In this document: positions 17,123-32,100 of the stretch, one piece after another | Numbering within the stretch: the stretch's first letter is position 1 | How the letters are laid out: each line of letters starts with the position of its first letter | Virus record (IMG/VR): IMGVR_UViG_3300012347_000193 | Location: 32,001 to 96,000 of that record | DNA length: 64,000 bases | Reading direction: 5' to 3' (one strand) | Source of the DNA: a virus | Notes under the pieces: model-generated | The model's database searches: none | The model's input: only the letters and a program-made list of their open reading frames with translations | What the model was told of the DNA's origin: nothing | Program-made: the position numbers and the translations under genes

Positions 17123-20100
17123 ATGACATCTAGAATTAGAACACTTGATTTCTTACCAGAAATCTTTAAAACAAAGCCAAACGAACAATTCCTTTCTGCA
17201 ACGTTAGATACGCTAACGCAGCAACCTAAAGTAGAAAAGTTGCAAGGGTTTATCGGTAATAAATTTGGCTATGGGGTAAACTCAAAGGATAGTTACATTA
17301 ACGAACCAACAAAGAGTCGTAATAACTATCAATTAGAACCAGCTGTAATTTTTAAAAAGAAAGACACAGACGTTCCGTTAGACTTATTGACTTACTCTGG
17401 ATTAAACGATGCGCTCCGCTTAGCCGGTAGTAACCTACCTGAACACTCTCTGTATTCGAATCAATTCTATTCATGGGACAGTTTCACTGACCTTGACAAA
17501 CTAGTAAACTACAGCCAATACTATTGGTTGCCTACAGGTCCTGACCCAGTTACTGTAACCAACTTGAAGTTATCTACTACTGTGAGCTACACTGTCACTT
17601 CTCTTCCACTCTCTTATTCATTGAGCGCAAAGTCACAACTAGTAGGAGACTACAATCCTAAGCTCACGTTAGTGCGCGGTGGTGTGTACTATTTCAATGT
17701 GGATCAAACTACTCCCTTCTATATTCAAACGTCACCTGATATTTCAGGGAAACTAACTTCGAACCCAAGCATTAGTACAAGAGACATTTTTGGATTAACT
17801 AACAATGGTGCTACTACTGGAACAATTAAGTTCGTAGTACCACAGCTTAATGAACAGTCTGATTGGGAACTGACTTTTGGTTTAAATGCAGACCTGACGA
17901 CTGCAATGAGTTTGTCTGATATTGAGGCGAAACCGGTAGGCTCCGTGAGCATCGACGGCGTAACTGATTTAGAAGGTAAGACAATTCTATTTAGGTCAAA
18001 CACTCCTGGCACTAGAGCTAATCTAGTGTCATTATATGATGAAAATGATATCGGATTCGATGGTACTGAGTTCGACCCTACTACCGAGACACAATTAAAC
18101 AATCAACTATATACGGTGACGTATGTAGGAGATAATACTAACGGATTCTTTATCAACCTAGTTGAAGCAGATTCTCTTCCAATCAACAAGTTAATCAAAA
18201 TTCAATTTGGTGATGAATTCAATGGAAGAAGTTTTGTTAAAAATGCATTCGGTGAAATTTTACTAGTGCCACCAGTGACAGCTAACACTGACACTTACTA
18301 CTATGTCGATGGAGTAAATCCCGATAAGTATGGTGAAATCGAAATCGTAGATAGCATCGATAGTAGTTTTGTAAACGTTGAGCAAATTCTAGGTAAGAAA
18401 ACGTACACTAGCGCCAACGGCATCACATTCACTAATGGACTGTGTGTTCAATTTGCCGGTAATACTTTCCCAGCAGAATACACTAGAGGTTCGTACATCG
18501 TTGAGGGTGTCGGTGACAGCATCAACTTAATTTTGCTCTCTGAACTTCTTGTACCTGAGATATTTTCATATCAAGTATCGTCACCGTTCGATGCTCAATA
18601 CTTTGACACTTACTCGTTTGGCGAGACCTTCTTGTACCCTAAGGACAAAGACTATATTACAATTTCACGTAATGCAAAAAATAAAAATGCATGGAGCAGA
18701 AGTAATCGTTGGTTCCACGTTGATGTTTTAAAGGCTACTCTTGAATATAATCCTGACGCAGTTATTGTGTCGGAAGCTCTAGGTAATCCTGAAAAGATGG
18801 CAAAGCGTCCAATCATTGAATTCTATCCAAACCTACGCTTGATGAATTCTGGAGTCTCGTCAAAGAATAATGTATCTTATATTAATTTTACTGAATCTCA
18901 GGCATTGTTCACGGCTGCAGGTACTTCTGACTTTGTTCCAGATGGTTCTACTAGTTACTTGTATGATGGCGCGACAATAATTTTTGCTGCCGATGCGGAT
19001 TTAGCAGTGCGTTCTACGGTATACAAGATTCAAGTATCAGAAACGGTAAATACTGAAGTAATCTCAATCATCTCGTTATCCGGTTCATTGACAAATGCTG
19101 ATGGTAGCAAAGATGTAACATATCAAGTCTCTCCACAGACTAAATCGCTTCCTGCAAATAAATTGCTCTCTGTGTATGGAAATGAGAATGCATCGTTTAA
19201 TGGCACATTCAGAATTGTTTCAACGACCGCAACCACTATTACGTTGCGATACCCTACTGGAACATCGGGTACTTGGGATGAAATTAGTCCAACATATTTA
19301 AAAACTAATTTAGAAACTACGTTGACTGAGGATTCTACAGTAAACTACCTAGACCAAGTAGCAATTATATCTGGTTCAACTTACGGTGGAAAAACTTTTT
19401 ACTTCGACGGATCAAATTGGGTCTTAGCACAGCAAAAAGACAGAATTAATCAACCACCGTTATTTGACTTGTTTGATAATAACAATCATAGCCTTTCTGA
19501 TACCAACTTTTATCCTGCTAGTGATTTTGAAGGTTGCACGTTGTTCGAATATGCAATTGGTTCAGGAGTCAATGATACTGAATTAAACTTCCCTATCAAA
19601 TATAACTCAGTGGAGAATATTGGTGACATTGTTTTTAACAACTCACTTAACACACAGAAATTTCATTATGTACTAGGTAACGACTCAATCGAATCATCAG
19701 TTAGTATTGGGTATGCACACATTAGTACTTTTGAAAATGAGTTTACCCGACATTTAGGTTGGCAAACTGCAATTGAAGAAAGTTTTCAATATCAAGTCTT
19801 CAATATGCAATATACTGGCATACCGTTTACACCTACATTCATTTGTGATGTTCCGGTAAAAACTACGACAGCGTGGACTCCTATTGTAGTCTATGTTGAC
19901 AATGCACGTATTGCTGACACTGAGTATACTGTTTCAGTTAGCGGTGACATGACTACTATTAAACTAGTCAACTATCCGGTTATTGGTACTATGGTTGATA
20001 TCATGTTGCTAAGTGATACCCCTAGTAAAATCGGGTACTACCAAACACCTATCAACTTAGACCATAATCCATATAACTCACAAATTGAGACTTTAAGTTT

Positions 20101-23100
20101 AGGTGACATTCGTGGTCACTATAAGAGCATGTTCAACAATGCACCAAGTGTAACTGGTACAGCGTTTGGTCCTAACAATTTCCGTGATTCAGGTAATCTT
20201 ATCCCTTATGGAACTCGCATTATTCAAAATAGTGCCCCACTAACATTGCCAGCTTCATTCTTGCGTAACAATGATTACAATTTCTTTGAAGCACTAACGT
20301 TCAATAGTATTGAGTATATCAAGTACAAAGCAACAATGATTAATGCATTGGACAATAATGATTTCTCATATATTACTAGTGATGCTGCGTTGTTAGATGA
20401 AGTTATATCTATCATCACTGAACCTAAGACAGAAACAAGTCCCTTCTTTTGGAGTGACATGCTTCCATCTAAAAACATCACACAGTCAAAGACGTACTCG
20501 TTCAAGACCGTGCTCGATACTTCAATCTTCCAATTGTTGAAAGTTTATGATTATAACAATGCAAACTACAATAGCGTATTAGTATACCTAACTAGAAAAA
20601 CTGGTTCAGTAGTTAGCACCAAACAATTGATTAACGGAATCGACTACATAATTTCTGCGGAAGTAGCAGAGTTAACAGTACTAACTGATTTGATCCCAGG
20701 TGATAAAATTGTCATCAACGAATATGCACAGACGTTTGGTAACTTCGTGCCTAACACACCGACTAAGTTGGGATTATACCCTTCGTTTGTTCCTGAACTA
20801 ATATTAGATAGTAGTTACTTAACACCTACATACTTCATCAAAGGACATGATGGTTCTTATTCTAAGTTGTACGGTAATGTTGTCAATGGATACATGACTG
20901 ACGCACGTGACAGATTAGTATTCGAATTTGAATCTCGTATCTATAACAACTTAAAAGTATTGAATAAGACTATCTCGTTGAAGCGAGAGGATATTGTTCC
21001 TGGTTATTTTAGAAGTAACCAAACACAAGTAAACTCATTCAATGAAGCATACGAAACTCAACTATTAAATTGGGTAGGATTAAATCGAATCGATTTGAAT
21101 TCACAGTTCTATGACGCTACCAATGAGTTTACTTGGAACTACCGTGGATCTAAATTTAAGTTAGACAAAACATCCCTGTCGCAAGGTAACTGGAGAGGAA
21201 TTTACTTGTGGTTGTATGATACTGCTACTCCTAATGCAACTCCTTGGGAAATGTTAGGTTTGTCAAACAAGCCTTCTTGGTGGGATACGCATTACGGTGC
21301 AGCTCCTTATACGTCTGATAACTTAATAATGTGGACTGATATCGCTAATGGCTACGTATGGAATAACGGTGAGCCCTACACATCTGAAAACTTAAAGAGA
21401 CCGGGCTTATTGGAAATTTTACCAGTAGACTCTGCTGGTAAATTGATTTCTCCGTTCACTAGTTGTGTGGCTACCTACGATGCAAACACATTCAACACAA
21501 TGTGGGAGCCGCTTGACATGGGACCAGCAGAATACTCATATATCAAGAGTAGTTCTTGGCCCTTTGACATGGTTCGTATGATGGTACTAACTAAGCCGGC
21601 TAAATTCTTTAACTTAAACGTTGACTTAGATTTCTATCAATACAGTAGTGAATTCAATCAATATCTAGTTGGTGAGAGAATGCGTACACCTCCTACTGGA
21701 ATTAAAATTTACGGTACTGATGAAACAACTTCAGCACATAGTTATATCAACTGGATAGTTGACTACTCTACACAGTTTGGTGTAGTTGGATCAGATGAAA
21801 TCAAATCTATTTTCTCAAACACAGATGTTAGATTAGTTTACAAGGCTGCAGGATTCACTAGTAAAGATATGATTAAATTCTTTACAGAGAATAGTTCTTC
21901 TTCGTCAACTAAAGCATCGTTGATTCCTGAAGACAGCTACAGCGTTTTGTTATATAACAATCAGCCAACAGACACTATCATCTACAGCTCAATCGTTGTG
22001 CAAAAAACTTTGGCTGGATATAAAGTATACGGAAACAAACAGTCAAAGGCATACTTTACAGTTAGAACTCCTATATCTGGGTTGTATGAACCAGTAACAG
22101 TTAACGGTAAAACAGTTCAAATTGCAAAATCATATTCTCAGCAACAGATGAATGTTCCTTACGGTTTCGAGTTCAACACCATTGAACGATTGTTAGAATT
22201 TGTTAAAGGTTACGGTTTGTATCTTGAAAGTCAAGGTATGATTTTTGATGACATTGAAAATTCGCTAGAATTATCTTGGGATCAAATGTTAGCTGAAGTA
22301 TTGTATTGGACTCAGTCTGGTTGGGAAGTAGGAAGCACAGTAAGTATTAACCCTGCAGCTAACATCCTTCGTATTGATACCGGCAACGCATTAGTTCAAC
22401 CATTGACTCTAAGTAAGCAAAACTTTGTATTGAATCAGAACTTACTTCCAATCGCACTTAATGACTTATCAATCCACAGAGTAGGAACTGAGCTAAGTAT
22501 CAAGGCTTTAAATTCAGGTGATGCACTTAGTTTCTTTGTAGGAAATGTAAGCTCTATCGAGCACGTGATTGTATTCGATAATACAACTATATTCGGAGAC
22601 TTGATTTTTGATATCGTAACCGGACTAAGACAGCAGAGATTGTTTGTCAAGGGAACTAAAACAGCAGAGTGGAACGGCACACTAGATGCTGCTGGATTTA
22701 TTATGTCTCTTGATTCTATTACTGACTGGATACCTAATCAGAAATATAGTAAAGGCACTGTTGTTAAATTCAAGAGCGAGTATTGGATGGCAAACGTGTC
22801 AATCGTACAACCTAAAAACACATTTGACTACTCTGAGTGGTTAAAGACTACATATGAAATGGTTCAGCAAAGAATGTTACCTAACCAAAGCACTCGCTCG
22901 GCAGAAGCTGCTTTGTACTACAACAAAAATACTGCTAACCTAGCAAATGATGCTGACTTGTTAAGTTTCTCATTGATTGGATACAGACCAAGAGATTATT
23001 TAGATAGTGCAGACTTGGATGACTCCTCACAGGTTAATTTGTTCAGTAACTTCATCGAAGGCAAGGGAACAAATCAGACAGTTAGTGGTTTGAACGGAAT

Positions 23101-26100
23101 CACATTGAAAGATGATTCAGTTAATTATACTGTCCATGAAAATTGGGCTATTAAAACATCTGAGTTCGGTGGCGTACTAAATCATAACTACCTACAATTC
23201 ACACTAGATGAAAGTAAACTAGTTGGAAATCCTTCCGTAGTCAGCATCATTGAAGCAGACGCAGTTGAAGGTGCGCAACAACAAGTATCGATGCACAATC
23301 TTACAAACTACGGTAGAACCTTAGCATCTAACAACATTTTACCTCAAGTTGATCCAGATTCAATTGACTACTTACCTAGCGCTGGATATGTAAACTTAGA
23401 TGATGTCATCGAAATCGGATATAGAATCAACGACTTTAGTGATGCGGCGATAACCGGTGTCTACAAGAATGATTATCTATGGGTAGCTAATAAAAACAGC
23501 ACTTGGGATGTTTACACACCGGTGTCATCTGGTGCACTAGTTACTAGTGTAGTTAACAACTTAAACGATACTGTTGCTGTTATTTTTGATAAACCACATG
23601 CATTACTAGAAGGTCAGTCATTGGGCATTCTAAACTTTGATTCCCGTATAGACGGATATCACACAGTAGATTCAGTTACTAGTTTGACCAGCATCGTAAT
23701 TTCAATCACCTTGTCGGCAGCAGTTACGAACATCAATGGTTCAGGATTAGTCTTCTTGCTACAAAGTCAACGTGTAAGCACACCTAGAGACATACCAAAT
23801 CTACCGCTACTTAACACAGAGTACGATTCAACTAAAGTATGGGTCGACCAAGGTAAAGACGGGGGTTGGAAAGTATTCGAAAAGACTAACAACTATGAAC
23901 TTACTGATATTGAAAAAGAATTTCCAAATTCTTCTACAGGTACTGCGGTTGCATACGTACACGGTGTAGGATACCTTACAGGAGATCCAGCGACTGGTGA
24001 ATTGTCAGTCTATGACACTATCAATGACGACGGAAGATATTACGAAAAAGCTAAGATTAGCAAACCAAATACAACCTTTGGTCAAGTTATCGAACATAAC
24101 ACTGACGTAATTCTTGTTGCTGCTCCTAGTGACACTACAAGTCAGATTTTTGTTTATCGTAACGCATCTAGTGAAGGCATCACTAGACCGGTGTTTGAAC
24201 AAGTATTATCAGTATCAGGCGGTAAAGCAGGTACTGCACTTGCGATTTCAGGTGACAGTAACTATATCTATGTTAATGCAATTGACACTGATGCTGAAGG
24301 CGAAGCTCTACTAATGTTCTCATTAGATGCAAACTTATTGAAAACTGGTACAGGCATGACAACTGTATCTGACATTGCATTGTACTCAAAGACTTTTGTA
24401 GTTTCAGGAGACCAACGTGCTGCTATACAAGATGGTCAACGCATCTCTTTCATTACATCGTACTCATTAATTTCTACTATATCTGATACATTTAACTATC
24501 TAGTTACTAACGCATTCGATGGTACTAATTCTTCATTCAAGTTATCAGGTGACAAGAGAAGTCTATTAGGCAACGGCGATGTTGTTTCGTTTGGTAACTC
24601 AGGTGTCGATAAAAACAGATTGTACAATATCACATTGACTGGATATGACCCAACGTCAAATAAAACTACATTCTATGTAGAACAGCAACCTATATTCTGG
24701 GAAGACCCTGTGTTTGTTCCTCCTGTCGCAGGAACAAATGTATACAAGGTGTCATTTGCTACTGACGCGGTTTACACTGTAGCTACCGGAGCATACAATA
24801 CTCAAACACAGCAGACAACATTCTATATAACATCTGAGTTTAATCAAAGTATTGCAAGCGGTGCACAGGTTTACGTCGCCTCAATGAACTACGAGTTAGT
24901 TCAATTGTTTAACCCTTCACAAAGCTGGGTGTTCGGTGATGAGTATGCGGCAAGTATTGCTACTAACTATGATGGTAGTAAGATATTCGTCGGAGCTCCG
25001 AAGCACGACCAAAGTGCATCACAACAGTCTACTGGATTGATGTATGCATACGACCGACTATTCCAGAATTTTGAAATTCAACGTGACCAAAAGCCAGGGG
25101 CAATTTATGTTGTTAGATTACCTTGGTACCCTGCGATTTCATCTAAGGTATACTTGAATGGAAAGCTATTAGCATCTAACAAGTACACTCTAATTTTGAA
25201 CGCAATCATATTTGGACCTATCGGTATTCTTGCCGGAGACATTATTAAAGTAAGTAGCGACAATTTAGTATTGACTGGTACGTTTGTCAATGGTAATCCT
25301 AGTGACTTACGTTCTGGACAAATGTTTGGCTACGCACTTGATTGTAACAGAGAAGGTAGTGAGATAATTGTAAGTGCTCCTTATGCAGTTACTTCGGATA
25401 ATAAAGAAGGAGCGGTCTACCGCTTCACTGACCAAGGTAAACGTTACGGTACTTGGGTTGGAGTTACGTCTGCTGCATTAGTAGAACCTACTCAAATCTT
25501 ATTGAACGGATACAGAGCTAATTTGTTTAACGTGTTTGCTTTAAAATCAACTGTCACGAATGATTCAGCAGTTGGCGCAACATCTCATTCAGTATTTGTA
25601 AACCCAGCAGAAGCAGCATTAATGCCACCGTCAGGTTTGATTGGATTCAGAAAGATAGTATCCGGTGACACATATAACATTGCGTATCGCAGTGTTGATG
25701 CTACTACCGGAGAAATTAAATTTGCATACGCTGATGCAAACGATACTTCTTCTGATTACTTCAACCCACAAGTTTACGACTCTGTGCAGGGTGCATGGGT
25801 ATCTACTACTGTAACTCTTACAACCGATGACACTCAGATATATGCTCCTCTAGGAAGTGCAAGAAACATCGCTGATGCAATCGTTAAAGCGAACATAACT
25901 AATGTTTTTGCTTACTCGACTGAAGACAATCGTTTGGTAATTCGTTTACGTGATATGTCATTAGCTCCTAACATGAACAAACTATCTGTAGGTGTGTTCA
26001 ATGGTAATTATTGGACTATGCTAGGCATGCTACCGTATCCAATTGCTCAGACTATCACACCACCGCATGACGTTGCTCAAACAATGTTTGGTGCAGCATT

Positions 26101-29100
26101 AAAATTTAATGAAGCTAACTCTTTCGTAGTTGGAGCACCGACTGCTAAACGTTTACTACCTACTAAGTTTGACTTCAGCAACGATAAAAACGTACACAAT
26201 GATACGGTGTTCGATAATAACTTGACTGGATGGGAAGATAGTTTTGACGAAGCTGGCGCAGTGTACATGTACGATTATATTGATTCATATGATGAATCAT
26301 TGGACAACATCGGAAAATATATATACTCTCAGCCTTGTACAGATTTAGTGTCTGACTATGGTGTTAGACCTATGTTTGGTTTTGCAGTAGACTTCAACAA
26401 CTATAACGTTGTAGTAGGAGCACCTAAATTCAAAACATCAACAGTAGGTGGTAAGGCAGTAATCTTTAGAAATTACGCTAAGGAACCAAACTGGAAACTA
26501 TTCAGAGAGGCTGACCAAGTAGTTGATATTCATAAAATCAACAAGGTGCATTTGTTTAACAATGTAACAGATGTTACTAACATGGCTCTCGACTATATTG
26601 ATCCTCTACAGGGCAAGTTACTTGGTGTTGTCATTGAAAACTTAGACCATACTTCACCTGTAGATCCTGCATCATACAATAGTTCTGCGTCAACATCTAA
26701 CAAAGTATCTTGGAACAGTGCTCAATTAGGTAAGTTGTGGTTTGATACTAGTAACGTTCGTTTCTTAAACTACCATCAAAATGATGTAGCATACAACAGT
26801 AAATATTGGGGTCAAGTTTTCCCAGGAAGTGATGTTGCAGTGTACACTTGGATAGAAAGTTCAGTGCCTCCGGCTAGCTATACTGGTAACGGAACTCCGT
26901 TCGAACTAGAAAGTTATTCAGTCACATTCACTACGGATTCCACTGACACATTGGTACCTAAATATTATTTCTGGGTACGTGACACTAATATATTGAACAC
27001 CAAATACGGAAAGACTCTTTCGGATCAAATCATTGCTCGTTACATCGAGACACCTAAAGAATCCGGAGTTGCATTCTTAGCACCATTACGTGCAAACACA
27101 TTTGGATTGTATAATTCATACGATTACATCAATAACACATCTACTAATATCCATATAGGATTTAGCACAACTACAAATGACGTTTCAGGTCATAGTGAAT
27201 TCAAGCTAATTAGAACCGACTTCACAGAAGACTTCTTGCCTGGTTTCGTTGATATCAGAAAAGGATTCACTGAGCCAACTAGCTTGTACGAAAAATATAT
27301 TGATAGTTTTGCTGGTGCAGATAGTTCAGGTGCAGTAGTACCGGATCCAACTTTACCGTTGCTAATGCAAACTGGTATCAGTGTTCGTCCTAGACAGAGC
27401 ATGTTTGTTAACCGTTTGAGTGCGTTAGAAAATTATCTAACATACATCAATTCAGTATTAATTAATTATCCTATATTAGAGACTAGCCATGCTACCTTCT
27501 TGTATTCAGCGACTAATGAATTTGACACTACTGCGTATTGGGATGCAGTGTACTGGTGGGCAGAGGGATATTCTGCTACTACTCGTGCCAATCTTGAAGT
27601 ATCAGTTTATGACGACTTATATTCAGTTACTGCAAAAGAAAATCTAATAGTAGGAGTTTCTGCGAATGCTGTAGGAAAACGTGAGGTATATATTTACCAA
27701 AGCGGTACATGGAATAGAATTGGTCTAGAACAAGGCACCGTTCAATTCTCCTACAAATTATGGGACTACACAGCGAACAAAGTAGGCTTTGGTAATGAGT
27801 TCTTTGATACATCATTGTTTGATGCTTATCCATCGAACGAGACTAGAAACATCATTCGAGCTATTAATGAGCAACTATTAGTGGGTGAACTATTTGAATA
27901 TCGTAACAAGAGTTTAACTTTGATGTTTGAGTTTATTCAAAGCGAAAACGTTGAATTACATAATTACTTACCTTGGTTAAACAAGACACGTTTTGCCGAT
28001 GTTAGTTATGATATCCGCACGTTGAAGCAAACTCCTAGATACAAGGTAGATAACTCTCAGTTGCTAGAAGGTTACATCAATGAAGTGAAACCTTATAGTG
28101 TTGTAATCAAAGAATTCTTTGCAAAATATAATGTGATGGATACTGTTGCTAGTACTATTTCAGATTTTGATTTACCTTCATACTATGATACAGAGTTACA
28201 AAAGTTTGTGTCACCTCAAGTAGTATTTGGATCAACTGCTAGTCTAGATGAAAAAACTACAACTGATGCAATATGGAATGACTTTAAGTACTCAAATTGG
28301 AAAGACAACTTGGGTATGTTAATTAAAGGTGGCGAAACACGTTTAGTATCTTTCTTGAAAAAGTATGTCAGCTTAACATCGACCGACCTTGAAGTTGAGA
28401 ATGCCTACACGTTGCCAGTTGAAGGTATCTTAAAAATTAATTCGGAACAAATTGCATACAATAGAATAGACCGAGTTACTGGGAAATTAGAAGGCGTTAC
28501 TAGAGGAGTTAACGGAACAAGTACCGCAGTATACCTTACTGGAACCCCTGTCTATATGGACACACCGGATGTCACAGTGTTGGATTCAGGTAGAGATTAT
28601 GAATTTCCTCCTACTGTTACAGCATACATCAATACTACTGAATACCCTGCACCTCGCAGAGAAGCAGTATTAGAAGCAGTTATGAATAATGACCGAATGG
28701 TTGGTGTTAATGTAATTGACCCGGGTGAAGGGTATATAGTTGCTCCTGAAATTAAAATTTCAAGCAGCGTTGAGTATGTTTTTGACAACTTCGATTCATC
28801 CCAAGATGGTGCTACTAATTTTGTTGACCGCGAAAACAGTCAACTTCGTACAACAGTTGCCAACGTACTAGAAACAGGTGACACTGTACTAGTTACTAAT
28901 AACTCATCTTCATCAGTGCTAATACCTAATGGTTACTATTACGCACAAGTAGTGAAGAACACGTACGGTACTACTATTACCTTCTTCGATACTTTCCTTG
29001 AATCTTTCAATAGTTTAAATCCTATCAGATTCAATACGGGTGTAGTTACTTCTGGTTTCTCACTAACAGTGGGTATTGCAGCAAGAGCAATTGCAAATAC

Positions 29101-32100
29101 TGATACATCAGGTGTTAGAAACATATCGACTACTCTTAAATTTGACAGAGTAAGTTATACTAGTAGAGTAAAGAATTGGCAACCATACAAGTTCTGGTCT
29201 TCTGCATACACTAGTATTGGTAATGACGCATCATCTTCGGTTGACAGTAGTACTAATACAATGTTGTCTAGTTTACAGGGCGTTGTACTACCAATTCAAT
29301 ATTTGGACCCAACTGAAGAATTCGCAGTAGTCACTGTTGATTACAGCTATAGTAACATCTTACCAGGACAAGTAAATGAATCAATGTTGCAGTTCTACAA
29401 AGTAACCGGATCATACACTCCTGAGATTGTTGATGGTACTAATGGTAGAGCACACATTGAAATATACAGACCTAAATTTAGCAACGGTCAATTGTCTGAA
29501 GTATATACTATCAAGATTTTAGATGCAGGCTCAATCTATGCTAATGGTGATACTATTAGAATACAAGGATCAGACTTGGGCGGCGAAGACGGTACCAATG
29601 ATGCAACTATCTTAGTGAAGTTTGCAAATAAAGATACTGGTGCAATCCAAGTTGCTTCTATCTCAGGTCGTGCATCAGGCATCTTTGCAAAATATTATGT
29701 CAAAGCTATTGACAATACTAGACTGCAAATTTACTCAAACCCTACGTATACTCGCAAAGTACCTAGAGCGTCATTCGTATGGGGTGGTGAATTAAATGCT
29801 ACACAGAGCTTTGGTGCAGTAGGTAATGACTACGCATTCATGCCCGAGCCAATTGATGACGATTTCAGTGATTCGCATGATTCAGTTTCTTTAGTATCTT
29901 ACGCTGGCGTAATTTGGGCGTGTACTCAGAGTAATGCTGATGCTGAATTTAACCCAGCAAAGTGGCAACCTCTGACAACTACAGACTTGTCATTAACTGC
30001 ACTAGAAAGAATTGACGGATTCTATCAACCGGGTGTTGGAATGGTTCCAAAAGACCACCAACAATTATTGAAGGGTATCACTTATCCTAACCCAGTATAT
30101 CTAGGTAACAAATTTGCTCCCGATGAAGCGCTTCCAATCGATGTGGTATTGAATGATAACCAGTTTATCAAGAGTACATCAAACATTAAAGGTGTTGTCT
30201 TTAACGGTGAGACATATGTTGCTGTTGCAGAGACTGAAAACTCAATCACAGTGTTGGTCAGAAACGAGAATTTAACTTGGGATCCTGTTCCGTTATCGTC
30301 TGAACGCAAAACAGTTACTGGTATTTCATATTCAAATGAAATGTATGTAATCACAGTAGATGATGATGTGTGTCCAATGTATGTAAGTTTTGATTCTAAG
30401 AAATGGATTTCTACTTCTAAACAAACCTCATTCGACTCTTTAGATTATGATGACGGGTTATTTGACACATCATCAATCACGATTGAATCATTGGGACTGT
30501 TGGCTGTTAACAGAGTAGGTAATAGATTCTTTGTTAATAATACAGCTATCTCAACATCAGAAGATGGCATGATTTGGAAAAAAGTACACACGTTAGGTAA
30601 CAGAAAATACAGTATTATCAAAGATATCGCTTATGCTGAACTATCTGGATTTACAGGCTATATTGCTGTCGGAGAAGGGTACATTGTAACATCAGGGGCA
30701 AATACTCCTGCCCCGGTAGTAGAACTATCATCTAAAATCTTAATCAGTGCTGATGGATCAACATGGGAAGAAGTGTTGCCGGTGACTAGTGCATTTATAC
30801 CAGTCGCTGTTGCAACAAATGATGATGTGATAGTTATTGTTTGTAGAGATGGAAAGATATTTACAAGTGCTTCTCCTACTTCATGGGCAGAGTCAGTAAT
30901 TCTTGGTGATGATGTGACTGAGAATCTAATTGATGTAGCATTTGGTAACAATATGTTTGTTGCTATAGGTGAAGTTAATGCTGATGGCAATAGTGTAATT
31001 CTAATGTCATCTGATGGATTAACATGGACACAACAAACTAATGAGTTGATTGCAACTACTGCGTTGCATCACGTATACTTCGACGGCAGTAATTTCATCA
31101 TCAGTGGAGACCTTGGCACATTGATACAGAGTACAAACGGCGTAAACTGGGAGAATATCTTAGTTGTACGAAGCGAAGACCCGGTATACACCGTTAAGGG
31201 TAGTGACTTCTTGTTTGGTTATGGTCCAGAAGAATTAGTAGCGGGTGTAATCTCTGACAAACTTTCAATGAAAGTTAATACTGCCCCTGGTGCATATTGG
31301 AATCGCTCTGGTGCAGAAGAAATTTGGTACTATGCATCTGGATTTGGAATGAATCAGCAGTACTACACTGTTGATGGTCAACAGACTGTTAATTTTGATG
31401 GGCTAGCTGCAAATGGTATCGGGATGTCAGTATTCTTAGCTAATGTCGATGGAACAATGCAACGTTTGTATGAGGATAGAACTTATCCTAATATGGATTA
31501 TACATACAATGTCAACTGGAACTCTAAAGTTATTACATTTAATGATGTAGATTTAATCGGAGCTTCTGTCTTTGTTGAAGTGTATGAATTTGGAAACGCT
31601 GTAGAGAAGGCTCGCTCAAGTACTGATGCTCAGCCTCTTGTGCTTGATAGTTCTACTGGTCATAGTTCAATCTATACTGGTTTAGATTATGTAGCTTCTC
31701 CAGTAGATCCTGTGATATTTGCATACACTCCGACAACAGGCATGAAACAACTTGTACTTGGTGAAGATTTTAATATCGCAATAGAAGACGGTAAGTTGAA
31801 ACTCGCCCTCACAGAGGCATATAATCAAGAAACTGATTATGTTGTCTATACTATTCCTCGTACAGGTAAGAACCCTGATAATGTCGATGAACATTATGTA
31901 TCTTTCCCAGAAACTCAATTCTTTGTTAGCGGTGGTTCAGATTTTGTAATTGACCTTGATGTTTCACTACATAATATCCCTAACGCAATTGTAGAACTAA
32001 ATGGTTCACGCTTGGTATACGAGACTGATTATGTTATTGAGTTTGTAATTGATGAAGTTACTAACACATACTCTACTAAACCCGTGCTAACACTTGCCGG